This document shows positions 13,087 through 25,200 of a stretch of DNA of 64,000 nucleotides, piece by piece (within the stretch, counting starts at the first letter, position 1; the number at the start of each line of letters is the position of its first letter). The notes under the pieces are model-generated. The model was not told where the DNA came from. It did not search any database and saw nothing but the letters and a program-made list of their open reading frames with translations. The position numbers and the translations under genes were made by a program. This stretch comes from Scenedesmus sp. PABB004 (taxonomy: Eukaryota): positions 1,054,001-1,118,000 of the forward strand of contig CM026547.1 of NCBI GenBank assembly GCA_014905635.1. Direction: 5' to 3'.

Positions 13087-15230
13087 ATGGACGCCTCGAG
13101 CGGGCTGCCCGGCGGCGTGGGCGGCCTGGGCGCGTCGGTGTATGACACGGACGAGTTCAGGTGCGCCCTCCCGGCCTGGCGCGCGCTCGGAGCGCCGGAT
13201 TAGGAGCGCTGCCCGCGCAGCAGCCTTACGCGCGCACCCGCCACCCGCGCCCCGGCGCGCGCCCAGGCTCTACTGCCACAAGATCTTGCCCTGCTCCAAG
13301 GTGCGCGGCGCGGGGAGGGTGTGAGGCGCCGTTATGGCTCGTACGAGCGCGCAGCGGCTCGCTCCGGCGGCGCTGGGCCACGCGCGCTGGCCGGGGAGGT
13401 CGGCGGCTGCGCGCTGGGGCCGTCGCCGAGCCGGCGGCCGCAGCAGGGGCCCGCCCCGACCGCGCCGCCCGCCCGCCATGCCGCCCCGCCCTGCCCCCGC
13501 AGCGCACGCCCCACGACTGGGCGACCTGGTGAGCCCGGGGATCCCAGCGTGCCGGAAAGCCGCCCGCCGGCCGGCTTCGCGCAGCAGCCGCCGCGGCGGC
13601 GGGCGCCGGCGCCGGCCGGCGCCAGGTGGCGTTGGGCGCGCCGTCAGCGTTGGGCGTCATCCTCAGCTGGACCCGCCCCGCCGCTCACGCGCACGCCGCT
13701 GCCGGCGCCGCCGCGACCGCAGCCCGTTTGCGCACCCGGGCGAGAAGGCGAAGCGCCGCAACATCCGCACGCACCACTATGACTGCGAGATGTGCCCCGA
13801 CGTCAGCAAGGGCGTCGAGTGCAAGCTGGGCGCCAACTGCCCGCACAGCCACAACGTGTTTGAGTCGTGGCTGCATCCCCAGAAGTACCGCACCATGATG
13901 TGAGCCCGGGGCGCGGCCGCGGCGGGCAGCGCCGCCAGCGCCGCCCGCGCCGGCGTCGGCGCTGCGCGCGCAGCGCCGGGGCGGCGCCCCGGCCGCGCCC
14001 CCGCCGACGCGCCGCCCCCGCGCGGCGCCCGCCCGCCGCAGGTGCAAGGACAGGGACCGCTGCTCGCGCGCCGTGTGCTTCTTCGCGCACGGCCCACACC
14101 AGCTGCGCACGCCCACGGACCTGCCCCCGCCGCAGCTGGCACCGCCGCAGCTCGCCCGCGACGGCAGCGGCGCCTGGAGCGCCGAGGCGGCGGCGTACGC
14201 GCAGCAGCTCGCGCGCGGCACCAGCAACGCCAGCACCGCGAGCACCCTGAGCGGCGCGCTCGGCGCGTCGGGGCCCTCCACGCCCACGGGCAGCTCCCGC
14301 GTCGGCCTGCCGCCCGCGTCGGCGGGCGCGTCGCCGGCCGTGGTGCCCACGACGGGCGCAATGCTCATGCGCCTCGGCAGCGGCGCCGGCGGCGTTGCGC
14401 TGTACGCCGGCGGCGGCGGCGGCGGCGGCGTGCCGCTCGACGTCGCGGCGGCGGAGCAGCAGGCGCGCGCGGCGGGCGGCTCGCCCGACGCCATGGCGGG
14501 CATGGCGGGCATGCAGCAGCTGCTGGCCAGCCTGATGCAGGAGGTCACGGCGAGCCGCCAGGACGCGGCGCAGAGCCGCAGCGCGGCTGCGGCCGCGCAG
14601 CAGCAGCTGCAGGCCATCACCGCGGCGCTCGCCGGCGGCCCCGCCGGCGGCGCCGGCGCCGGCGGCGGCGGCGTGATGCGCCAGGGCAGCGCCATGGCCC
14701 TGAGCGCCATGCTGCACCAGGTGCCGCTCGTCGAGGGCGGCGGCGGCGCCATGCTGTGCCCGCGCGGCCCCGGCAGCGCGTACCTGGACGCCAGCGACGC
14801 GTCGTCCGGGTCGTTCATGGACTACACGACCGGCGACGTCACGCCCGGCAGCTCCGGCGCGCTGCCCGACGGCGGCGGCGGCGGCGTCGCGTGCGGCGAC
14901 TACACGCTCGCGCACGCGCTCGCCGCCGGCGGCGCGCTCGCGTGCGACGGCGGGCTGGCCAGCTACGCCCCTGTCGCGCGCGCCGGCAGCGGCGGCTCGC
15001 GGCTGCGCCCGGGCGGGCCCGAGGGCGCCGCCGCCTACGGCGGCGGCGCGGCCTTCCTGCACGCGCAGCAGCAGGCGCTCGGCGGCGGCGGCGGCAGCGG
15101 CGTGCTGCTCGCGCTGCAGCCGGGGCACGGCGCCCTCGCCGCGCCGCAGCAGGCGGCGGGCCTCGTGGAGGGCGTGCTGGGCGGCCAGGCCGCGGCCGTG
15201 TCGGCGCCCATGGTTTACTACACCATGTGA
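13087..15230 (+). CDS. Arginine-rich tandem CCCH zinc-finger (RR-TZF) RNA-binding protein, 5 exons
   Basis: Spliced: YDTDEFRLYCHKILPCSKRTPHDWATCPFAHPGEKAKRR...CPDVSKGVECKLGANCPHSHNVFESWLHPQKYRTMMCKDRDRCSRAVCFFAH, the plant TZF signature. Confidence 0.93.
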
Positions 15231-16382
15231 AGCCGCGGCGGGCGCGCGCGCGCGCGTGGCACTGCCTGCCGCGCGCCCCGCACAGCCGGCGCGCAGGCAG
15301 GGCAGGGGCCTGCGCGCGCGCCCGACCGCCGGGCGCGCCCGCGCGGCGGATTTGGCGCCGCCGGCCGCCCCGGCGCGGGGCGGGCGCCGCCGCGTGCGCG
15401 CGGGGCGGCCCCCAGCTGCCCACCCATGGTCGCGTTGTTCTTGCCCTTGCATGTCTCACGAAGCACCGCCACCCAATCAACAACAAATGCCCGGGGTCGG
15501 TTTCGCGGCATCCCTTGGATGCCACGCCGCGCGAGATAGGGGGCGCCAGCCGCGCACGGCCCCAGCCTGCGCTGCTGCTGCTCCCACCGCGTGGGCGCTG
15601 CTGCTCGTGCTCGTCGCACACCCTGTCTCTGCGCCGCGCTGCCATGGCCGCTGGCTGCCGGCGCGCCGCCGCCGCGTGCGCCGCGGGCGCCCGCCGCCCC
15701 GGCTGGGGCGGCCGGCGGCGTCCTCAACCCTGCAGCGCACGGCGCCTGCGGTGCTCTCCTCTGCTGCCATTGCGCACATTTTCCATTCTGCCTGCTCAAG
15801 CTGCTGTGCTGTGAGTGTCGATGAATGTGGTGCGTGGGCGGGCGGGCGCGGGCTTGGCTCATCGTGTCGGGGCGCCCCGCCCGGCTGGGCCGCGCTGGCG
15901 GCTGCGGCTGACGGCTGCCGCTCTGGCGCCTGTCCCGGCTGTGAAAGTTGAGGCTCGTGCCGCGCGCACGCGCGGCGGCGCCCTGCTTTGTCCCTCCTGC
16001 GCCGGCGGCGAACGCATGCGCCGGGCCAGCCCGCGGCCGTGTGCGTCAGCTGCCCCCGGCGCGGCGAGGGCCACCACACTTTTGCTTTGCAACTTGGGCA
16101 ACTTGGGGCCGGGGACGGCGGCGTGGGGTCGGGTTGTGAGGGCGCCCCACTTCAAAAACCACCAAAGAACACGGAGTCGGGGCTTGGCGCGCAGCGCAGG
16201 GGCGCACCCAGGCCGCAGGCCGGGGCGCCGTCGGGCGGGGTCGGGTCGCAGTGGGGGCTGGGGCGGGCGGGGCTTCCTCTGCCGGCGGCGCGCGCGGGCG
16301 CGGCACCGAGGGGACGGGGCCCACGGCCGCGGGGGCGGGGCGGGGCTGCATCCTCACCTCACCTCATCGCGGGAGCCGCGGC

Positions 16383-16411
16383 TGCCTGCCTGCCTGCCTG
16401 CCTGCCTGCCT
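16383..16411. repeat. (CCTG)n microsatellite
   Basis: Read directly. Confidence 0.9.
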
Positions 16412-16895
16412 ATGTGGCTGCCGCGGCGGCACCGCCGACTTGAATAACACTCAGAGCGGTTGGAGCACTGCCCGAGATGGATCGGTGGCGGGCGCGTTGG
16501 ATGGTTGGTTGGGTGTGCACTGCGGAACGCACGCGCACGTGAGCTGTGGCGGCGCTGCGCGCAACCGGCGGCATGTTTGTTTGCATGTGAGCTGCGCGCG
16601 CGCACAACCTTTCGCCTTGTTCAGTCTTTGGGTCTAGCCGCCGCGGACTGCTGCTGCTCGCGCCGACAAACCGCGCGCGCGGCGCTGCTCGCGGCCGACG
16701 CGCCCCCCACCCACGTGCGCCGCGCGCCGCCGCCGGCTCGCAGCGCCTGCTTTAACCGTCAGGCGGCCCACCGGCGGGGGCGCGAGGGGGGCGTGATCAG
16801 GGATGATCCCTCCTGGCCTGTGAGCAGGCCCTCGGGGCGCATCTCGTCCGTCCGTGGGTGGCTGCGCGGCCACCCACGCCTGCCCGGTTTCAATC

Positions 16896-16938
<43 letters not shown>
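16896..16938. repeat. (ATG)n microsatellite
   Basis: About 14 units read directly; produces spurious poly-M/D/H/I ORFs. Confidence 0.95.
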
Positions 16939-16940
<2 letters not shown>

Positions 16941-17225
16941 GGCGGCGCCCCACGCCCCACGGCCCCAGGCCTGGGGGGCGAGCTTCTGGGTGCGCGCAGG
17001 TGCGTGCTCCGCATGCAGCAGCGCGCCTACGTCAGCTGGCGGCGTCTGCAGCACTGCTGCTGCTGCTGCTCCAAGCACTGTGCCTGCGCGTCCTCTTCTG
17101 TTTTGCTGCACCTCGTCTTGTTTTCCCCGGACCTCCCGCCCCGAATTCAGCCGGCGCCCGCATGTCGGGCGGCTCGTTCGCTCGCTCACGCATGCAGGCG
17201 GCACCCTGCCGCTGCTGGGCAGGGG

Positions 17226-17227
<2 letters not shown>

Positions 17228-17256
<29 letters not shown>
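17228..17256. repeat. (CA)n microsatellite
   Basis: Read directly. Confidence 0.95.
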
Positions 17257-17258
<2 letters not shown>

Positions 17259-17466
17259 CATCACCGCCGCCAGCCCGCACGCACGCGCCTCACCGACTCC
17301 CCACGCATGCATCGGTTCGCCTGGACTCGTCAAACCTGCGCGACCTGCCGAATGCCTGTGCATGTGGGCCCAAGCTCACGGACCGCACTCGGCGCTCGGC
17401 ACACTGCCATTTGCAAGAGGAGGAGGAGGAGGACAAAATCGCACTCGCTTCTGCTTTTATGTAATG

Positions 17467-17938
17467 GCCGGGACGACCGCCCGCAGCGCTGCGTAGCTTC
17501 TCGGCCGAGCGCCGGGCCGCGCAGCACTCGCCGCAGCGGTGGTCAACACGATCCATCGACCGCGCCCACGTCTCACACGCGCCACCGGCCACCAGCGCCC
17601 TGGCCGCTGGGACGTGCACGACGAGGTCGCCCGCGCCCGTCAGCGACTGTGCACCGCGACGGCGGCGGCGGCGCGTGCGCTCGCCGGCGTGCCGCGCGCG
17701 GGCTCATCACGGGATCACGGCCGCCCGCACGTGCGCTGCCCGAGGCTGCGCCCCTGTCCGACCACCAAGCACTACGCGCCCGCGCCACCGCCGCGCTCCA
17801 CCCGCACCGGCCAGGGGCAGGCCTGCCCCTGGCTCACCAGCCGGCGCGCCCGCCCAGACCGCCGCTGCCGCCGCCCGCCGCGCCCCGGCGCTGGCTGAGG
17901 CTGCTGAGCTTGCTGCTGATCGCCGCGATGCTGCCGCC
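17467..17938 (-). repeat. Copy B of the inverted duplication; orphan 3' fragment of the DUF4485 gene
   Basis: On the minus strand it encodes [31 protein letters not shown] followed by the same 3' flank as 12322-12777. Confidence 0.93.
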
Positions 17939-18331
17939 GCGCCGTTCGCGCCGGTCGATAGCCGCGGGGTCGGGCGCGCTTTTGCGAAACTGTCGGCGGT
18001 TCAAGAGTCAGCGCGGCCTGCTGCAGCGCCGGGACGCATGCCGCGGGCGACCTTCAGATCGCGCACGCGCGGGGGGTGGCACACGCTGCAGCAGCGGCGG
18101 CAGCAGCAGCAGCGGCAGCAGCGCGCGGCGCAGCAGCTCGCGCAGCCTCTCCCGTGGCCGCTCGGGGCCCGGCCGCCGGCAGCTGCCGTCGCAACCTCAT
18201 CCTGCGAGGACGGCGGCGCGCAGCCTCTGCCCTGGCCGGCCGCCGCGCTGCGAGCGAGCGCGGCAGCAGCGCCGCGTTCGATCGCGCCGCAGGCCCCGCA
18301 TGCGCCACGCCGGCAGCCGTCAGCGCCGCTG

Positions 18332-21300
18332 ATGAGCGGTGGCGCCGCCGTGCCCGGCGTGGCGCCGGGCGCGCCGCCGCCCCAGCTGGGCGGCGGCGCG
18401 GGCCTGCCGCCGCTGCCGCCGGGCGCGGCGCAGCCGCAGCCGGCGCGCGCGCCGGCGGCGGCGGCGGCGGCCGGCGTGCGCATGATGCACGTCGTGGCGG
18501 ACACGGGGCGGCTGGAGCTGGGCGGCGGCGTGAGCTTTGCCATCCCGCTCTGGTACGACGACCTGGCCAAGACCGGCGCGGTGCCACGGTGCGAGGGCGC
18601 GGGCGCCGCCGCGCGGCGGCAGCGCGGCGGGGCGGGAGGGGCGGCGGCCGGCGGGCGGCGGGCGGCCGCGCGGTGCGCCGGCGAGCGCAGCGGCCGCCGC
18701 CGCCGCGCGCAGGTTTGAGGAGGTGGCCGTGATGCCGCCAGACCTGCTGCGCCAGCCGGTGGGGCAGGCGATGCCGGCGCTGGCCGAGGGCGCGCGCCTG
18801 CGCGCGCTGCTGCGCGGCCGCTGGCGCGCGGCGGCCAAGACCTTCTTCGCGGCGGCGCCGCTGGCAGACGCGCAGCGCGAGCCCGACAACGGCGCGCCGG
18901 GCGGCCAGCGCCAGCTCTCTGCGGCGGACGCCGCCGCGCTCGCGGCGTCCGCGGCGCTGCGGCACCGCCTGGTGCCCGCGAGCGAGCTGGACACGCCGGG
19001 CCACGCGCACTGGAGCGTTCTGGCGTACGAGCGCCAGCTGCGCGAACAGGCGGACGCGGCACAAGCGTCGGCAGGCGGCGGCGCCGGCGGCGGCGGCGGC
19101 CCGGGCTCCAAGAAGCGCGCCGCGGCGGCCGCGTTTGGCGGCGCGCTGGGCGGCACCGCGGCCAAGCGGCTCGCGGCGGAGCTGGCCGGGGGCGTCGGCG
19201 GGCAGTGCTGGTACGTGCCAGCCCAGGGCGACGCGCCGGAGCAGGTGCGGCGGCCAGGCGGCACAGGCTGCGTCGCGCTGCGCCGGGCGGCGCCGGCGGG
19301 GCAGCAGCGCCGGCACCCTGCGCTGCCCACGCGCCTCCGGCTGTGCGCGCCCGCCGCCGCAGGGCCCGGGCGCGGGGCGCAAGCGCACGCAGCACGCAGA
19401 CCCGCAGGCGCAGGCGGCCTGGGAGGATGCGATGCTGGCCAAGGCCTGGGCGGCGCTCGTGCGGCGCGACGTCCCGCGCGCGGCCCGGCTGGCCGCCGCG
19501 CGGCGCGTGGGCGCGCAGGCCGAGGCGGAGCGCCTGGCGGACGCGTGCGCGCGCGAGCTCCGGCTGCGCGCGGCCAAGGCGGCGCGGGAGGCCGGGTGCG
19601 TGCGCGCCGTCTGCCCCGCGGTCGGCGGCGCGGCGCGGCGCCCGCCCCCCCCCCCCCCCCCCCCACCACCACCACCACCACCCCCCTCTGACAGCACCCC
19701 GCCGCGCGCCTGGCGCCGACCCGCCCGCAGGCGCGGCGCAGCGGCGTCGCTGCGCCGCCTGCTGCGCGACGGCCAGGCGTGGTGGCGCGCCGCGGGGCGC
19801 GAGGCGGCGGGCGCGTCGCGCGCAGCCGCGCGCGCGGCGGCCGAGGCGGCGCGCCGCGCCGAGGAGGAGCGCGAGGCGCGGCGGCAGCAGCAGCGCCTGA
19901 ACTTCCTTCTCACTCAGACTGAGCTCTATTCACACTTTGTCAAGAGCAGGATGGCCGGCGGCGACGCGCCGGGCGCCACCACGCCGGCAAAGGCCGACGG
20001 CGCGGCCCCCGCCGGCGGCGGCGGCGCGCCGGGCGCGAGCCCCGCGCCCGCGGCGCGGGCAGCAGCCCCGCGCCGCCCGCGGCGGGCCTGCCGTTTGCGC
20101 CGTCGCCCGGCGGCTTTGGCACGCCGCCGCGCGGCGGCGGCTTTGCGGGGTTCAGCCTCGCCGGCGCGGGCGTCAACGCCGCCGACCTGGCGGACGACGC
20201 GGCCGAGGCGGCGCGGCTCGCGGCGGCGGCGGCGGCGCGCGCGCAGGCGGCCGCGGCGAGCACGTTTGGCGCCGCCGCCGAGTTTGATCGCGAGTATGTG
20301 GCCGGTGCGGCCGCCGTTGGCGCGGCGCCAGACCAGGAGCTTGAGGCGGAGCGCGCGCTGCGCGCCGCGGGCGAGGTGCGGCGCGCGTGCGCTTGTCTGC
20401 GGGGCGTGCGTCCGCGTGTGAGAGGAGAGGGGCGGGAAGGGGGGGGGGGGGGGCCTGGCTCGCGCGCCGCGCGCCCCGGCGCTCCTGGGGCCGCGCCGCT
20501 CACACGCCGCTCACGCGCCGCTCACGCGCCGCCGCTGCGCGCGCAGGCGGGGGGCTCGCCCGGCGCGGCCGGCGCCGGCGCGGCCGTCGACCTCACGCGC
20601 CCGTCGACGATGCCGGCCGAGGGCGGCGGCGTGGCGCAGCCGGGGAGCTTCCGGGGGACGCTGAAGGGCTACCAGCTGCGCGGCGTGAGCTGGCTGGCAA
20701 GCCTGTATGACCAGGGGCTCAACGGCATACTCGCGGACGAGATGGGCCTCGGCAAGACCGTGCAGGCGCGCGCGGCGCGGCAGCGCGGGCGCGCTGCTGG
20801 GGCGGCGGCTGCGCGGCGCTGCTGGGCGGCGTCGCACCTGTGGCGCGCGTGCGCGCGTCTGCGGCAGAGAGGGAGGGGGCCGACGCCCGCGCGCCCGCGC
20901 GCGCCCGCGCGCCCGCGCGCCCGCCCACGCGGCCGCGCCCGCGCGCCGCCGCCGCCGCAGGCGCTCGCGTTCCTGTGCCACCTCGCCGAGGCCAAGGGCG
21001 TGTGGGGGCCCTTCCTCGTGGTCGCGCCCGCGTCGACACTGCACAACTGGGACAAGGAGCTCACCCAGTTTGCGCCGGGCTTCAAGGCGCGCGCCCCGCG
21101 GCCGCAGCGCGCACCGCCGCGGCGGCGCCCCCCGCCTGCTGTGTGCTGCGCCGCGCCGTCGCCCGGTCGCCCTCTCCCCCCCTCCAACACACGCACACCC
21201 ACCCTCCCACACACACACACACACGCACGCACACGCACGCACACACACCCGCCAGGTGCTGCCGTACTGGGGCTCGCTCGCCGACCGCAAGACGCTGCGC

Positions 21301-22215
21301 CGCCTGCTCGCCCCGGGTCGGCTGTACGGCCGCTCCGCGCCGTTCCACGTCGCGCTGACGAGCTACCAGATCGCGGTGCAGGACGAGGCGGCGCTGAAGC
21401 GGGTCAAGTGGCAGTTCATGGTGCTCGACGAGGCACAGGTGGGGTGTGTGTGGGTGGGTGGGGGAGGGGTGCAAGGTGGAGTGCAAGGTGGAGTGCAAGG
21501 CGGGGTGCAAGGCGGGGTGCAAGCCGGGGCAAGGTGTAGGGCGCAGGGGCACTGGCCCCGGGGCCCTGAGGCGGCGCGGGGGGCTGCCGCCGCGGGGTCG
21601 CCGTGCCCGCGCCCGCCGCACGGCGCGCGCCCAGCGCCCGAGCCCTGAGCCCCGCCCCCTGCCCTCCCCACCCGCGCCGCCCGCGCGCTGCCGCGCCGCC
21701 GCGCCGCCGCGCCGCCGCAGGCGATCAAGTCGAGCGGCAGCGCGCGCTGGCGGTCGCTGCTGACGTTTGCGTGCCGCAACCGCCTGCTGCTGAGCGGGAC
21801 GCCGATCCAGAACAACCTCGGCGAGCTCTGGGCGCTGCTGCACTTCATCATGCCGCAGCTCTTCGACTCGCGCGACGCGTTCAACGAGTGGTTCGCGCGC
21901 GTGAGCAGCCCGCCGCGCCCCGCCGCGCCGCGCCGCGCCGCGCCGCGCGCGCAGCCACCGCCGCCGGGACCACCCGGCGGCGCGCGGGGAGGCGGCGCAG
22001 CGCTGACCCGGCCCCAGCGCGCCGCGCCTGCGCAGGGCCCGGCCGCCGGCGGCGGTGGCGGCGGCGGCGGCGGCGGCGCGCAGCGGCCGTGCCGCAGATG
22101 ATGTCGCTGGACCGCCACCAGCTGGCGCGGCTGCACGGCGTGCTGGGTCCGTTCATGCTGCGCCGCGTCAAGGCGGACGTGGTGGCGGAGATGGCGCCCA
22201 AGACGGAGGTGGGTG

Positions 22216-22280
<65 letters not shown>

Positions 22281-25200
22281 GCGTGCGCGCGTGCGCGCGT
22301 GCGCGCGTGCGCGCGTGCGTGCATGCGTGCCCCGTCCACGCCGCCACGCCGCCACGCCCCTGCCTGCCCACTCGCGCGCGCGCGCCGCAGGTGACCATCC
22401 GCTGCGGGCTGAGCCGCCGCCAGGCGGCGCTGTACGGCGCGCTGCGGTCCAACCTCAGCGTCGCCGACCTGCTGGCCATGGGCGCCGCGCGCGCCGCCGC
22501 GGGCGGCGGCGGCGCCGGCGCCGGCCCTGGCCCAGGCGCCGCCGGCGGCGCCAAGACCGCGGGCATGGCCCGGCTGATGGGTCTGATCATGCAGATGCGC
22601 AAGGTGGGCGGGGCGCAGGCGGGCGGGCGGGCGGGCGGCGGGGCGGGCGGGCGGGTGCAGCGGGGCGAGGGCCGTGATGCGGGGCGCCCGGCGTGGGCTG
22701 CGGCGCAGCCCGCCCCACCCGCCCACACGCGGCGCGTGCCGCCGCGGCCGCTGCGCAGGTGTGCAACCACCCCGAGCTGCTGGAGGGCCAGGCGGAGCGC
22801 TGGCCGCTCACGTTTGCCACGCTTGCGCGCGAGTCGGACGCCGACGCCGCCGCGCGGCAGGGCGGCGCCCCCGCGCTGCAGGCGGCGGGCATTCGCTCGC
22901 ACCTGTCCGTGGCGCTGCCGCGCCTCGTTTACGACCAGGGCCTGCCCGGCCAGCCCGCGGCGGTGCTGGGCGGGCACCTCGAGGGCGCGCGCCAGCTGTG
23001 GCTGCGCCAGCGCCTGCAGCTCTTCCGCGACGCCCCCGTGCACGCGGCGGCCGGCGGCCCGCGCGAGCGGCGCGCGCAGCGGCAGACGGCGCAGCAGGAG
23101 CGCCCGCCGCAGCGCGCCGTGCTGGGGTTTGCCCCGGAGCCGTGCTTCATCAGCGGCTTCAGCTTCGCGGCGCTCGCGGGGCTGGCGCCGGCGGAGGTCG
23201 AGGCGGCGGCGGCCGCGGACCCCTTCCAGCGCTGGGAGCTCGCGTACGCCGCGCGGCGCGGGCGCGAGGCCGGCGCCGCGTGGGAGGCGCGCTGGGCGGA
23301 CTACGGCCTGGCCGCCGGTGACTGGGCGGCGCGCGCGCGGCAGCTGCGCGCGGCGGCGGCGGCGAGCGGCGCGGTCAAGGCGGAGCAGCTGCCGCTGAAA
23401 GCCGAAGCCGGCGGCAGCGGCGGCTGCGTCTCCCTGCTCGGCGGCACGCGCCTGGAGGTGGTGGGGGAGCAGGCGCACGGGGAGCAGCAGCAGGCGCTGC
23501 TGCTGCTGCCGCCTAGCCGCGCGGCGCTGGCGGCGGGGCGGTCGCTGCGCGGCCGGCGGCTGCTGGTCTGCGTCGACGACCTGGCGGCGGGCGCGGCGTG
23601 CAGCGTGAGCGGCGGCTCGCGCGGCAAGGCGCTGCGCCGCCCCCGCGCCGTGTGGGGCGCGGAGGAGCGCGGGCTGCTGCTGCAGCTGCAGCAGCACCAG
23701 GCGCAGGCCGAGGCGGCCGCGACGTCGGCGGCGCTGGGCGCGCTGGCTGCGCTCGTGGGCGGCGACGGCGACGGCGGTGGCAGCGGCCCGCAGCAGCTGC
23801 AGCCGCCCGCGGCCGTCGCGGGGCTGCGGGAGCTGGGGCAGCTGCTGCCGCCGCTGGTGCTGAGCGCGGCGCGGCGGCTGCGCGAGGCTGCGCCGCTGCT
23901 GCGGAGCGTGTGGGGCGCGGTCATCCCCCCGGTGCTCAGCCCGCCGCCGGCGCTGGAGGGCAGCTGCGCCGGGCTGGTCGCGCAGACGGTTGCGCTCGCC
24001 GCGGCGCCCTGGTGAGCGCGCGGCGCGGGCCCGCGCGCGTGCCGAGCACCGCACGGCGGCGCTGCTCACGCCGCCCTCGCCTGCGCGCAGGTCGCGCGTG
24101 ATGCTGCTTGGCGTCTGCAGCCACCCCGCCGCGCCCACGCCGCCCAGCGGCGCGCCGCCGCTGCTGGCGGCGCTCGCGGCCTGGCGCGTCGCAGACGCGG
24201 CCGCGGCGCAGCAGCCGCGGCCCGAGCCGTCCTGGCTCGCGGCCGCGCCGAGCGCCGGCGCCGGCGCCGGCGCGGCGGGCGCGGGAGGCACTGACAGCGG
24301 CAGCGGCAGCGGCGACGAGGACGAGGACGAGCCACTGACCACCGACGACTACGACTCGGGCTTTGCGCAGCAGCCCAGCGGGCGGCGCGGCGGGCGGGGG
24401 CGGGGCGCGCTGCCGCCGGTGCCCCGTCGCGGGGCCGCGGCCGGGGGCGCGGCCGCGGCCGGCGCGCGGCCGCGGCCGCGGCGCTGGGGCAGCCGCGCCG
24501 GCAGCGGGACGCCCCGCGCGGCGTCGCTCCCGGCGGCGTCCGCGGCGGGCACCCCGCCGCCGCCGGCGCCGCCGCCGCCGCCCCGCATGCACAGCTACGT
24601 GCTCACGCGGCAGCAGGCCGCACTCCCGGGCTTTTGCAGGGACGCGCCGCCGCCGGCGCTGGCAGCCCTGCCGGGCCTCGCGCCGCCGCTCGCCGCCGCG
24701 GGTGGCGGCGAGGCGGCGCAGCAGCTGTCTTGCGAGCTGCAGCTACAGCAGCAGTCGCAGCAGCAGCAGCAGGCCGGGCACGCCAGCGGCGCCGACGCCC
24801 CCCACGGTGGCGGCGCGTGCTTCCCGCTCGTGCTGCGCAGCGCCGTGCCGCCGCTCGCGCCGGCCGCGCCGGCGCCGCCGCCGCTGGCGCCCCGCCCGCC
24901 GGCGCGCGGGCTCGCGGCCCCGCTGCTGCGCGTGTTTGGCGCGGCGCCGCCGAGCCAGACGTACGCGCTGGCCAAGGCGCTCAACGCGAGCGGCAAGCTC
25001 ATGGCCCTGGACCGCCTGCTCGCGCGGCTCAAGGCCGAGGGCCACCGCGTGCTCGTGTTTTGCCAGGCGCGCGCCGCCGCCGCGGCGCGCCGCGCTCCGC
25101 CGCCCCGCCCCCCGCCGCGCCCCTGCGGCGCGGTCTCCCTCTCTCTCTCTCGCTCTGACCCAAAACCCTCGGCCCTCTGCCCCGTCCCTAAACCCCGGCA

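Noticed and set aside
16854..17464. ORFs with poly-Met/Asp/His/Ile and TH repeats
   Set aside because: Produced by (ATG)n and (CA)n microsatellites; no coding signature.
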